A stretch of DNA of 64,000 nt from Amoebophrya sp. A120 (Eukaryota; Protista; Dinoflagellata), in contig CAJINV010000015.1 in the NCBI GenBank assembly GCA_905178155.1, positions 2,072,110 through 2,136,109 of the forward strand, written 5' to 3'. This document shows positions 50,669 to 62,800 of this stretch, piece by piece. The translations under genes were made by a program, and so were the position numbers. Each line of letters begins with the position of its first letter. Position 1 is the first letter of the stretch. The notes beneath the pieces were generated by a model. It was not told where the DNA came from, searched no databases, and was given only the letters and a program-made list of their open reading frames with translations.

Positions 50669-53600
50669 TCAACCTCCCCCAGAAGCCGCTGCACCCGCGC
50701 CCGGGGACCCACCCGCCTGCGCGGCCTTATCAAGAGTAAAAATGTCTGGGTCTGGAAGATTTCTAGATTTGTCGTGCATATTTTCCATGACCCATGATGT
50801 CTGTGATGCATGCCGTAGCATCACAGATTTTTAGAGCGCTTCCTCATACCTATTTTTCCGCATGACAAATGCCATCTCCGCGGAGCACAAAATCTACTCC
50901 TCTTCCTGAGCGTTGCAATACAAATCTTTTTCGAATCCAGAGACAGCATCACAAGTTTAGACTCTTCCAGACCCAGACATTTTTACATTTGATAGGACTT
51001 GGAGACCCACAATTTCTTGACCGCGGTGGAAAACAGTTTGTGGAACGCAGATCCCCCCCATCGATATCAAATGTAAAAATGTCTGGGTCTGGAAGATTCT
51101 GAGACTTGTCATGCATGTTTTGCCTGGGCCATGATGTCTGTGATGCATGCCCTAGCATCACAGATTTCTGGAGGGCCTCGCGATGCCTATTCCGCATGAC
51201 AAATGGCCTCTCCGCGTAGCAAAAATTACACTCCCTTTGCTGCTCACGCAATACAGATTTTTTTGGAATCCAAATTCAGCATCACAAACACAAGTTGCAT
51301 TCTTCCAGACCCAGACATTTTTACACTAGATAACCGAGCAACGTGCCCCATGTTCGCGATGAGCTTCCCCAAAACCGACCTGGCCTATCAAATGCAAAAA
51401 TGTCTGGGTCTGGAAACTTGTGATGCTAAAAGTGAATGGTAGACGGACTGCAATACGCAGCTATGCATGACAAATCTTCCGGCTCCCATGTCTTACGTAT
51501 TCCGCATAGCAAACTGCGTTTTTGCATGACAGGTAAGAGGGCCTTTTCGTGCCTATGCAATACAGATTCTCAAGTCATGCCAGACAAGCATGACAAACTT
51601 GCATTCTTCCAGACCCAGACATTTTTACAGTTGATATGGCCACAGCTTGCACCAAACCGAGACCCCAGCTCTTCAAAATCGCGAGGTCAATGTAGTGTCG
51701 CAAACCAGATTCGTCCGAAGTTAAGAACGTATAAATGAGAATCCGCAACGCCGCCGGAAGGCCCAATGCGGTGGTTCTGGGGGTGTAGAAACGAAGAAAC
51801 GTGCTCACTAGCAGCTTGGTGACGGCCCCGGCCACCATGGAGCAAATGGAAACGTGAAAAGAATGCGTGACGAAATGAAAAATGCTTTTCATAAAGGGCA
51901 CCTTTTCCACGACAGTTTCCAACCAGTTGCGTGCCTGTTCTGGCGTTGTGTTCTTGTCTATTTTGGAAATTGCCGTTTTATCCTGGTCGTCTCCTTGAGC
52001 AGTTTGAGACGCAGACGGGAACTTTGTGTCCAAGACCGACTGGACATTTTTCGTCATGCTCTCGAAGAACCTTCCAAGCGCGGAGGAACTCTGGACAGCG
52101 ACAGCCCCCGCACTGGGGTTTTGCTCTTTGTCTTTGACTTTGTCCACCTCCACCTTCTCGCCAAATAATTTCTCCTCGAGGCCCTTTAAAGCTTCTGGAT
52201 TTTCAACAGCCTCTTGGACCTTGATGTTGTCTCCTGTCACCGTTCGCTCAGCCAACTCCTGGTCCCACGTCTTCCCGACGCCACCTGGTGCACCAGAACC
52301 GTCTTCCAACAAGGAGCCCGCCCACGCCTGCAGGTCACCCGATTCCGATTGCGCCAACGTCCGCACTTGCCCTGTTGTAGCTGCGTCAAGATCATCCGTT
52401 TGCAAATCGTCAACATCATCTGCTTATGGATTGTGAAAGTGTCTGGGTCTGGAAGGTTGGAACTTGTAATGCTAGCCTTCCATACCTAGAAAATCTGTAT
52501 TGCATAACCAACAAAAGTCGCAGCCTCTTTTGTCATGCAAAAACGCAGTCTCTCATGCGGATTGCCTAGTATGAGAAAACGTTTTGGGAAGTTGTCATGC
52601 CGGACTGCATTCGGTAGTGTGTTCATCATGCACATTTTAGCATCACAAGTTTCCAGACCCAGACATTTTTACATTTGATACTGCTCGGCGGCGGGACAGG
52701 AATTTCCTGGTTTGATGTTTCGACCTCGACGTCTTCAAATGCGGCGTCGTGCGTAAAAACGTGCCCATTCCAGAACTGTCATGCAGATTTACAATGAAGA
52801 CAGGAACGTTTTTGATGCGGCATTTCCAGTCGTTTGTAGGAATTTGTAATGTTGTTGTGAAACAGGATAGTACGCAGATGGACATGGATTTGTAAAAATG
52901 CAGCTGTCCTTGTTGCCAACTTGCACTATAGTACCTTCAGGACTGCAACTTGTCATGCGTGGCTCCCCAAACTCCTAGGCTTGTTTTGTAAAATCCCCCT
53001 CTTGATTCGTCTGGGGTGTTTATCTACTGGAAAAGAACAAATTAAAACACAGAGAAACTTCAAATTGCTATTTCCCATTCTGGGGTGGGGCGTTTTAACT
53101 TAGGATATGCGGAGGCTTTTGTTCTTCTCCCACAGCACTTCTGATCTCCTCGACGGCAAGATGAACACTACTTTCCAGGCCGTTTTCTGCTGAGCTCCTA
53201 TCCTGTGCAAAAGTATCGTACTCGTAGTAATCGTAGTCATGCATTACAAATTTCTTTCTCAAGTCAAATCCGCATCACAAATTTCATTTCTCATGCTGAG
53301 AAAATTTGTCATGCGATTATTATACATTATATTCATGCGAAAAAAGAGGTAGACAGAGGGTCCCAGAGAGGTGGCCGAGAGGTCAAAAAGAGGTCGACAG
53401 AGGTAGAAAAGAGGTCGACAGAGGTGGAGAGGTGGCGCGGGACCCCGTTCGAGAGGGTCCGCGAGAGGGTGCGCGAATAAGGCCCGCAGTAAGCGCCCAC
53501 CCTTAGGCGCCGCCTAAGTGGCACAGAGGGTGCAGAGAGGTCAAAAAGAGGGGGCGCGAGAGGTCGACAGAGGTGGAGGGAGGTGGCGCGAATAAGGGGC

Positions 53601-55392
53601 GACCTCTCGCGGACCCTCTTGGCCACCTCTCGGCCACCTCTGTCGACCTCTACCCGCGAGTATAGCCGGATTATTAGCGGGGACCCCAAAAGAGGTCAAA
53701 AAGAGGGTCTGCGAGAGGTCTGCGAGAGGGTAAAACACAAAGAAGCGGGCGCGAATCCGCATGGTGCTGCCAATATTTGCCATTGCAGGCCATTCGCGGA
53801 CTTGTTTTCTTCGGCGCCTTTCCGCGCCACCCTCTCGCCCACCCTCTCGCGCCACCCTCTCGCGCCACCCTCTCGCGCACCCTCTCGCGCAACCCTCTCG
53901 CGCCACCCTCCCGCGCCACCCTCCCGCGCTACGCCCTCCCGCCGGGCGGCTTCTGTTCGCCCCCGGTGTTCTTTGCGGCTGCTCCCTGCGCAGAGCGCCC
54001 ACAGGCGCGGGAAGCGCGCAAGTGGTCCTGCGGGTTGGCGCGGCGCAAACAGGGGGCAGGAATCCAGTATGTTTGGTTGTGCATAGGCCCTTGGCGTTGT
54101 GGTCCCATCGGCAAACAGTCTTGGCCCGGCCCAACAGCCTTGCGCTCCGGCGGCAGCCGGAGCATGGCTGGTTTATACTAGTACGATAGTTTTGCAAAGC
54201 ATAGCTCCCCTGTTCCGACGACGAGGAGGACAGCCGGCGGGCCAGAAAACCTTTGTTCGTTGCTGGTTCAACAACTATATGCTCTGCAAAAGTATCGTAC
54301 TCGTACTAATTGCAAATATGCATGACAAATCTTGTTCCCAAAGCAAAACAGCATTACAAATGGCATTTGTCGTGCTGAGCTAATTTGTAATGCAATTTAT
54401 ACTACTACGATACTTTTGCTATGCATAAACTATCGGGTCTACTGTCGTGACTGCGAGCGGCGCCGGGATGAATTGATGTGTTTCATCGGCCGCGGTCGTG
54501 GTTTCGAGGAAGCTGCTCTTCTTGCCGTTCTTTTCGCCGGGGTATCAAGTGCAAAAGTGTCTGGGTCTGGAAGATTGCCAGGTTTGTCATGCATATTTTG
54601 CATGACCCATGAGGTCTGGCGTGTAGGACATAGCATGACAGATTCTGCGTTAGTTCTCTCATGCCTATCCTGCATGAGAAACTGCCTCTCGATTAGGTCA
54701 AAAGTGGACAGCTTTTGGTAATCATGCAACACAGATTTTTACATGATTCAGATCTAGCATGACAAGTTGCTTTGTTCCAGACCCAGACATTTTTGCATTT
54801 GATACGGGGAACAAGTGCTCTTGGATTTGCTTTATGATTTTGCCGGTCAAGGCCTCGCCATTAAGGACCTTCAGGCGGTTATGGGAGTGTCAGGATCGAA
54901 ATCGTCAGAGTTGAAATAATTTGTGATGCAAAAAATGCAACCCACAGAACAATGCCTGTCTTGCATAGTAGGCAAGGGAGGCAGATTGTAAGCCTGTTGA
55001 GGGGTAAGAACTGAGCTGTTAAAGTAGCATGACAGCAGGCGTCTTCCTTATCCAAACAGCATGACAGGCTGGAGTTCACTTCTACCCAAATTTACCATGC
55101 GCGGCCACTTGGAAGCTCGGTTACAACTGGCATCCATTTTATCTTATGCATGGCAAACCGTTTCAACTTTGACAATTTCAATCCTGACACTTCCATAGAG
55201 GTGATCTTTGGCCATGTCAAAAAAATTTCCGTAAATCGTGTCGCCCAACTCTTTGACTTCTTTCGGAGCATCATCATCATCATCATCATCATCACTGGTT
55301 GTGGTTCCTTCCAACAATGATGATTCATCTCCGGCATCGTATGAATGCTTAAAATATAATTTGCCCCCCCATAAACCATGTTTTATTTTCAA
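50669..55392 (-). CDS. Hypothetical protein with 9 introner-type introns; 5' end not found (abuts the repeat cluster at ~55.45 kb)
   Basis: All 9 junctions traced in frame to stop ...ASGGG* at 50669; poly-Asp tract; SLLE and SFLE motifs; no in-frame ATG before the next upstream stop. Confidence 0.7.
50728..50994. mobile_element. Introner element family A (267 bp)
   Basis: DR GGCCT/GGACT. Confidence 0.9.
51065..51332. mobile_element. Introner element family A (268 bp)
   Basis: DR ATCGA/ACCGA. Confidence 0.9.
51386..51636. mobile_element. Introner element family A (251 bp)
   Basis: DR TGGCC. Confidence 0.92.
52425..52680. mobile_element. Introner element family A (256 bp); empty paralogous site at 48004
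   Basis: DR CTGCT. Confidence 0.95.
52883..53107. mobile_element. Degenerate introner-type intron
   Basis: CATGGATTTGTAAAAATG...GATA; frame restored. Confidence 0.55.
53199..54203. mobile_element. Introner element family B with ~0.85-kb nested repeat-rich insert
   Basis: DR GCTCC; insert has AGAGGT and CCCTCTCGCG(CCA) repeats. Confidence 0.88.
54278..54427. mobile_element. Introner element family B (150 bp)
   Basis: DR AACTA. Confidence 0.92.
54543..54804. mobile_element. Introner element family A (262 bp)
   Basis: DR CGGGG. Confidence 0.92.
54880..55197. mobile_element. Introner element family C (318 bp)
   Basis: DR GCGGT/GAGGT. Confidence 0.9.
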
Positions 55393-55439
55393 GAAAACGG
55401 TTTCTACTCGATCTCGTTTTACCTTGAATTTGATCTTGA

Positions 55440-55750
55440 CACACCGAGCATTTCAATAGAATTTCTGGTTGCAAGTTGCATGTTCCGAGCTTTGCAATAT
55501 GGCAACACCGAGCTTTGCAATTGACCACACTTGAGGCTATTTGAGTTCAAGTAGCAACCGATTTGCCTTCAAGTAGAAACCGATTTGCCTTCAAGTAGAA
55601 ACCGATTTACCTTGCAGAAAAACCGAATTACCTTCCAGAAAGCCGAGACTCGCCTTCAAGAAAACCACAACTTATTCGCGCAGTCAGCTTCACCGGGCTA
55701 ACTGCGCGAATAGTTGTGGTTTATTACAGAACCACAACTATTCGCGAACA
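55440..55750. repeat. Repeat and hairpin cluster, putative left end of the recombinase element
   Basis: CCGAGC-type repeats x3; ~5 x 21-22-bp AACCGATTTGCCTTCAAGTAGA; 61-bp hairpin 55662-55722 with a third arm copy at 55730. Confidence 0.8.
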
Positions 55751-56914
55751 TCCACTATTGGCCATGAACAACGACATACAATAACGGCGCATGCGACCGC
55801 GGATCGATCTGCGGCACTACTGTTGGAGAACAACATTATTCCATTTGTTTCCTCCTCCCTTCTACGTGTTCAATGTCAGCTGCTTCAACTTTGGTTCGAA
55901 AAAGTTTTTCGTAGTGCATGCTGCCGACCACGAGAAAAACAAATGTTCAGTGATGATGCTAAGTTCGCCTAACTTTCACATCATGTTTTTATCATGCGTC
56001 AATCTGAAATGCAGAGAGACACATGATCAACCGAAGGTGCATAACGTCCAACCTTTCTATATGTTCCTCCGCGGAGATGGAGTTCATCGTAGATGTGCAA
56101 TGGACATGGAGTTCATCGTGTCTAGGAAACAATAGAAAGGTAAACCGATGGAGATGGTTTGGGACGGAGAGAAAAGAATGTTCCATACAAACACTGGCAG
56201 CGCCCAGCATACCAGTGTGAAGAGATAATATCATGATGCCCCTAAGTGCGGGGCGGACAGGTGAGTTGGGAAGCCTCTTCCCTTACAAAGAAAAATTATT
56301 TTTTTTCAAATACGAGCTCGAAGTAGCAGTAAAAAATCAAGTAGCTACGAGAGTACGGATGTACTTTCGTAACTACCTGATACAAACAGAGATGGACGAA
56401 TAGATACGTCACAAATTAAGACCTTGCATTTTCATAATGTAAAAATAAAATTATTTGTGTGGGAGGTGGGGCACAGATGTTGTCAAGATCGCACACCTCC
56501 CGAAAAGCAGCTGTAGGCGATGGTGATGGTGTTACATCACTCATCTATCAATTTCTATAGAAATATTTTAATTTCTAAATTCAAATTTTTTGTGAAGTCG
56601 ACAGTAAAAAGCCCAGTCTCCAACACCCTGGAGATCTGGGTAAAATTGAAAGTGTTGACAACGAAAGTGATCCGCGAAGGATCACTTCCGACGTCAAATA
56701 AAACGATGTTTTTTTTCTAAAACAAAAAATTAAAACTCTAATTTTGTAGTGCGAAACGACATCTGTGATTCCAAATTCCACTGATTGCACGGGAGCGCTA
56801 TCAGTCGGAAAAATACCTCACAGTACAACCATAGAGCCCATGCTAGTTGATCAAGATCAAATATATGCAAGGACTGCGACAGCTATCGAAGAAAGATTTT
56901 TTTTCAAATCACAT

Positions 56915-57625
56915 CTACTCCTCGTTCTCCTCGACCATCCAGAACTCATCCAAGGTGTTGCACCGGCTGCGCTTCGCGGGTTCCTCCACGACCTCAAAAT
57001 CCTCCGTGGCAGCGCGCGGACGCAACGCTCCCGTGCGGGAGACCAACGGGTTGTTCACGAAGTCGACCACCGGGGGGACGTACGACGACGAAGCGGAGCT
57101 GCTGCTGCTCGCAGCGCGGGTAGAACCCGCCTTACCCTTCTTCTTGTCATTCGCGTCTTCGGCCTCGGAGGAGGTGAGCAGGTTCTTCTCCGGGTACATG
57201 GAGGTGAACGGGTTCTGTCCGATGTACTCGTCCATCGCGTTGATACCTTCGGCCACGGCCTTGCCGGCTTTGGCGGTAACCTTCTTCTCCTTCTTGGTCG
57301 GGTCTTCCTTGATCTCGGTCGGAAACCAGGTGGTGAAGGTGACGCCGCGGATCGTGAACGACTCCTTCGAGAAGCGGATCTGCTGGGCCGACTTGTTCGG
57401 CTTGAAGTCCATGGCGATCTCACGGGCAAACGCCGTCGCGTACTTGTGGGCCATCGGGGAGGTTTTCGAACGAAATTCGATCGCCACCGGAATCTTGATC
57501 GGAATCACCAACATTTTTTTCAAAACAGTGGCTTCCGCGATCCACGGCTCCCCGGACTTGAGGCTGGCGGCCGGAATGGAGGTGTTGTAGTAGTCGCGGT
57601 TCAAGTCCAAGCAGTCCGCCGGCAT
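56915..57625 (-). CDS. Hypothetical protein (236 aa) in the recombinase element
   Basis: Intact ORF with strong third-position GC bias; two antisense shadow ORFs. Confidence 0.75.
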   Translation of the reverse strand: MPADCLDLNRDYYNTSIPAASLKSGEPWIAEATVLKKMLVIPIKIPVAIEFRSKTSPMAHKYATAFAREIAMDFKPNKSAQQIRFSKESFTIRGVTFTTWFPTEIKEDPTKKEKKVTAKAGKAVAEGINAMDEYIGQNPFTSMYPEKNLLTSSEAEDANDKKKGKAGSTRAASSSSSASSSYVPPVVDFVNNPLVSRTGALRPRAATEDFEVVEEPAKRSRCNTLDEFWMVEENEE

Positions 57626-57976
57626 CTGTGGTTTTTAGTTTGTATGTGTGTGAAAATGATCGAAAAGAAGCCCTTGAAATGATAGTAGATAGATGTAGTT
57701 TCTTGCTGTTGTTTGGGGTAGCGACTTAGACTCAGCACCACGACACAACAGGCGAAGGGCGAAATAGTGGTAGTGCGAAGCGGTCCCATATAAACTGTTT
57801 CACTGGCATTTAAAATAGAGTCTGAGCCAAGATTGTCTTTAGTCAGTGCGAGCACAGCTTCGCAGCCGTAACGCACTGACTCTGAAAAGCGGGCCGCATC
57901 ATGGTAACGCTATAAAGCAACACTCTTTTGTGCATGAACAAGCTGCACTTCGCCCTGAAAGTGCTGTGTAAGAAAA

Positions 57977-59786
57977 CTATTGTGCCTTGAATTCGTGGAA
58001 GAGAGGCGGAAGACCCCATCTTCGGATTTCGACTGGCATCCACCTTACGAACAACCATTCACGAAATTCTGGCGGAGCAAGATCAAGACTCCAAACAAAT
58101 TCAGGATGTACGTCCAGCTGGGTGATCTTCTGGAACAGGACCAAGGCGAACCAGCGGTCACTCTCCGCACCCTTCAACGCGTCCTGCAGGACCTTGAGGC
58201 TGTCGTTGTAGCGGTCTTCGATCTTCGTCATCGCCTTGACATGGTTCTCCTTCATCTCGACGATCTGGCGGTTGGCCTCCGCGGTCTCATTGATGCTGAT
58301 CTGTAGTGTAATTTTGCGGACTGCAATTGATCTGGAACATGAGTTTGAACTTGAAAAAAAATGCTGGCATTGATGCATAATAGTAATGCAGTGCTGCAAT
58401 ACGAACTCATGCGCATGGTGCTAAAATATATGAGTGCATAAAAATTTGCTACTGCGTGGTACTAAAGTATCTGACTGCATGGCACCAAAGTATATGACTG
58501 CAGTGTCGATGTTGAAGTTGTAGTTGACCTTTAAACTGAAGGTGTAGATGGTGTTGATATGTAGCAATAATACCTTGGCTTTCTTGCGCTCCTTCGCGGC
58601 CGCCTCGATGGACTTCGACAGCGCGCGTCCTTCCTCCTTCTGCTGGCGATTCAGGGCGGCTTTTTCTTCCTTGTAGCGGGTGGTGAGTTCTTTCATCGAG
58701 TCCTTCAAAGCTTTGATTTCCGGGCTGCTGGTCTTCCCTTTGATCTGGGCGCACTGACCGTCGAGCTTTCCGATCTTCGGATCCTTCTTATCCACATCAG
58801 TCTTCACCTGGGTTCCCTCGCCGAACGCCGGCAAAGAGGTATCAAACACGTCGGCAAACCGCACCACAATAGTCCCCGGCATCTCCCCGCAGATGAAGAC
58901 GATGGTGAACTTGAACTGGCTCTCCAACTCTTTCAACACCGCGTTCTCTTCCTTCAGCTCCTTGCTGCGGGCACCGAAGCTCCAGTCGACGTTGCAGATC
59001 AAAAACGCTTCAGCGGGGGTCTTGGCGCACACGTAGTCACCGACCTTGGCGCCCTTGGTCTGTGATATACGTTTACGTTTAGATTGCAGCGCCAGTTGTC
59101 GTTGATACTAAAACGACAGCTACATCAACAGCAACATCATCGTCAACATCTTCAAGCGGAATGGCGGGCGACATTCGTTTCACTCTTGGACGCGCACGCG
59201 CGATCATCTTTATCTTTGAGTTTGACTGTGACGTCGACATTGATAAAGATGATAGTGCGAAACCGAAAACGAATTACATGATCTATGGCCGTGTCGCCTT
59301 TCGCTTCCGCTTGAAGTTGAAGCATTGCCCCATTGTTATTGTAAAAAAGAAATGTAGATAATGATAAAGATAATGATAAAGATATACCTCCCAGGTGACA
59401 GCACCGCGTTCGATCATCATGTCTTCGCCATCATCGGAGGAGCTCGACTCCGGGTCGTCCTGGGCCGCGGGCGCCTTGATCGCCAGCTGGGTCTTTTTCT
59501 TCTTTTCATCCTTTTCCTTATCTTCCTTCTTCTTCTTCGCAGGCTTAGAGGCGTTGCGGATCACTTCGCTGATGAGGTAGGCCAAAAATCTGTTCTTGTC
59601 CGAATCCGCAGGCTCCGAGCGGATATAATTATCGCGGACTAACGATTTTACCTCACGCATTTGTTGCAAACTCATTCCCACTCCTCCTTTGCCGAGCAAC
59701 GTATGAAAGATCGTTGCCAGGGTCAAGCAACGATGCGACGGCTTCGCGTACTTCAAACCCAAGTTGAACAGGCGGGTCCTGTTCAT
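57977..59786 (-). CDS. Hypothetical basic/coiled-coil protein (~402 aa, 3 exons)
   Basis: GT-AG introns 59060-59387 and 58301-58573 join three ORFs in frame (WE|TKG, AK|ISI). Confidence 0.75.
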
Positions 59787-60387
59787 ATTTTTGAATTGAA
59801 ATAAGAATAAATGTTTGCAGAACCAGAACGAGAGCCAGAAGATGAAGAAGAAGTGCAAGTAGTAGTAGGTGAGTACAGCTGAGTTGTTGACGCAGTATGT
59901 ATTCATATGACAACGAGAGTGCCCATCTTCAGTGCTAGAGTTCTCAAGGTGGAGGCGCGCGCCCTGCGGACGCAGAGTGCAACGCACACCGAGGCACATC
60001 ACAAGGCTTTCCTACAGCTCCTGATCACTAGCGTTCGTTACAGCCTCCTTGCGAAAATATTCAACAGCGAGTAGTGTTGTGTACTACATCGCAGCGTGGC
60101 CGGAGCCACGGTCGCAGCGTGGTAATAACTCCAATTCGCAAAAACTTCACAGGCCGCTACAACTACATTTAGAAATAGAAAATCTTGCTCTTAGCATGCA
60201 AAGCAGAAGGCGATAGCACCAGCATTGAGCACATAAGTGCACGCATGTTTTCCGTACAAGTTAGCTCGCATTTTTTACCTAAGTAGAGCGCTCACTTTGC
60301 GATTTTGTCTCCAACTCTACACGCCGAGTAGTACACGTAGATGTAGTTTTCGACGACGAGGTAGTTGCGTATGTAGTACGAGTAGCT

Positions 60388-60845
60388 CTAAGCGTCGACG
60401 TGGTGAACGAAGGTGAAAGTAAAGGTGACCTTAGTACAAGATATACAGTAAATAGAAAACAAGATATACTTGAACAGCGACACGTAGCGGGGGTCGTCGC
60501 GCGTGGTCCCCTTTTCCTTGATCACGGTGATCCAGTAGTCCGGCACCAGGCCAATCTCGCGCAGAATTTGATGGCAGACGTTGATCTCCATGACGGACAC
60601 GATGTTTTCGCACATGCGCTGTATTGTGTTTTATTTTTTTATCGTCCAAGAATTCTATTGCAGTCGAAGTCGTACTCGTAGTATGCGCGACACATGAACA
60701 CGCTCTGTTTATTTTCATTGACGATTTAGCATGCAACACCAACAGCAACTGCAACGAAAAATACAAATATAAATTTATCTACCTGGTAGAAGTCCAGGAC
60801 GTTGATCTTCTCATGCGGGTGCTTGCGTTTGTAGTCCTCCAATTC
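60388..60845 (-). CDS. Small hypothetical gene with GT-AG introns, structure uncertain
   Basis: Coding-like segments ~60470-60620 and ~60783-60845 with CAG|GTAG donor at ~60782. Confidence 0.4.
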
Positions 60846-61216
60846 GGCAGCAATCTGAAGTAGTGGTTGGTGATCCGTTGTTTTATGCAATTCAATATCA
60901 CACCTGCGGCAGAATCTGAACTTGCCCTCAGCATCACATCTGCGTTTGAAATTCTAAAATCAGGACGGGACCCGGACCCGACCCTGGCCCAGACCCCAAC
61001 AGATCAACATGGTGAAGTCCGCCCAGAAGCCAACGAAGTCCAAGTACCAGCGCACGGGTGGCAAAGGGCACTTTCGGAAACATACCGCGAAGAAGCAGTC
61101 GAACCGAAAGGCCGTGGCCATCTGCAGCTCCCCAAAACAGGCAGCACGAAAAGCGCCTGCAAAACAAGCACCACCGAAAGCGGTGGCGAAAAACAGTGCG
61201 AAAGATCTGGACTTAG

Positions 61217-61831
61217 ATGATGGCGAGCGAGGAGAAGAGCGGCTCGCTGGCGATGCCAGACTGCATCGCGTTTGGGGATGCGCTTGCAGAGAGCAGTGGT
61301 CGAAAGCGGGACGCTGGCAATTTCTACAAACTTGGTTGGTTATTGGCCACTATGACCGGACGGCGCGGAATGGACATTCGCCTTCTTCAGCGCGGCGATC
61401 TGTCGCTAACGAGCGTCCGAGTGGGGAACTCGAAGCTCGCTATCAACAAGGGCGGCCGCGGGAAACTAAAAAACGTCCCGATAGATCCACTGCCCAAGAC
61501 GAAAAAATTCCTGCAGAGCATGATAGACTACATGGACTCGGCCGGATATAAAAAAACCGACGCAGTGTTTAGCTTCGGCTACGAAGCGTTTGAAAAGAAG
61601 GCGCGGGAGGTGCGCAAGGACTTCGTGCCGAAACACAAGAAGTCGTGCCCCGCCCACATCATCACGTCCCACACACCAAGGCGCAGCTTGTGCACCCACC
61701 TACATGCGGCCGGCACAAGCCTGCGCACGATCATGGCCATGACGGGGCACTGCAGCGTCGATACGCTGCATCGCTATATTGAAGGAGATTTTACATACCA
61801 GCGTCTTGCGGCGACAAAGGTGAAATGCTAG
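61217..61831 (+). CDS. Tyrosine recombinase catalytic domain (phage-integrase/XerC-like), possibly with an upstream exon from 61009
   Basis: R in LLATMTGRRGMDI, K in INKGG, H-x-x-R in SHTPRR, MTGH and catalytic Y in LHRY, in canonical order and spacing. Confidence 0.92.
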   Translation: MMASEEKSGSLAMPDCIAFGDALAESSGRKRDAGNFYKLGWLLATMTGRRGMDIRLLQRGDLSLTSVRVGNSKLAINKGGRGKLKNVPIDPLPKTKKFLQSMIDYMDSAGYKKTDAVFSFGYEAFEKKAREVRKDFVPKHKKSCPAHIITSHTPRRSLCTHLHAAGTSLRTIMAMTGHCSVDTLHRYIEGDFTYQRLAATKVKC

Positions 61832-62489
61832 CACCGAGGCCGACGCGACCCTTTTACTGCGAACCCGCCCTCGACAGCGACGACGACAATGTCGACGGTC
61901 GCTGCGGACATGCAAGGCATAACAGATGTGACGCTGCGTGGGCGATCAGTCCACCTTGCTCGTGCGAGGTGGACTAAACGTTCAGCTTCACTTTCACACT
62001 CATGCTGATATATGTGGTAGTATGCAAAACTTTTCAACCGCAAGAACAAGCCCAAGTACAAGCTCGAGCACAACAACAACTACGACTAGATGCACACTTA
62101 CAAAACCAAAATTTAAAAAAATACCTGCTCCATGATTCCTTGCAGTTTTTCACAGAAGGTTGTTTTTAATGTCGTGTTTGCTTCGTTATCTAAACGAATC
62201 CACAACGATAATAACGAAGGAAATTTCGTCATTAAATCGTTGTGGAAAATGAAGGCCCTGGAGAGATTTTTATTTTTTGTTTTTCATTTGTGAAGAGCTA
62301 CATGCGGATTTGTATGAGAGTATGTTTGTAAATGTAATTGTATCTCGAGAGAAGGTATTGGTATGATGTCACACGAGACGAATGCAAGCATGAGTGGGTG
62401 AAAGTTGAAAATAATAATGGAGAGCATCATGAAGATAAACATAGACATGAGCATGGTTATTGAAGCACAAATTTTAATCACACAATGGC

Positions 62490-62800
62490 ACCTGAATCCG
62501 AGTTCCTTCCAGCGATTCTCACCGTGGGACTCGAAGTACATCAATCCGGCTTGCCAGCTATGATTGAGGCCGACCACTTCGAAAGCGTCGCCATTGTCCA
62601 CGAGGAACATGAGTCTCCTCATTACATAATTCCCGCGACACATTTCGCGATATAAAAACTCGCGGTGGCGGGTCGACCTCAGCCGGTTAAACGACGACTC
62701 TTTGATCTTGGGCATCATGCTCTTGCTCACCAGCGCACCGGGCTCGTACTTGTCCGAACGGAAGCGTTCGACGAACGTCATCATCTCGTTCTTGGGGACC
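62490..62800 (-). CDS. Coding exon of a hypothetical gene in the recombinase element
   Basis: Core of ORF 62284..62850 bounded by TTCAG| acceptor (~62800) and AG|GTG donor (~62491). Confidence 0.55.
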
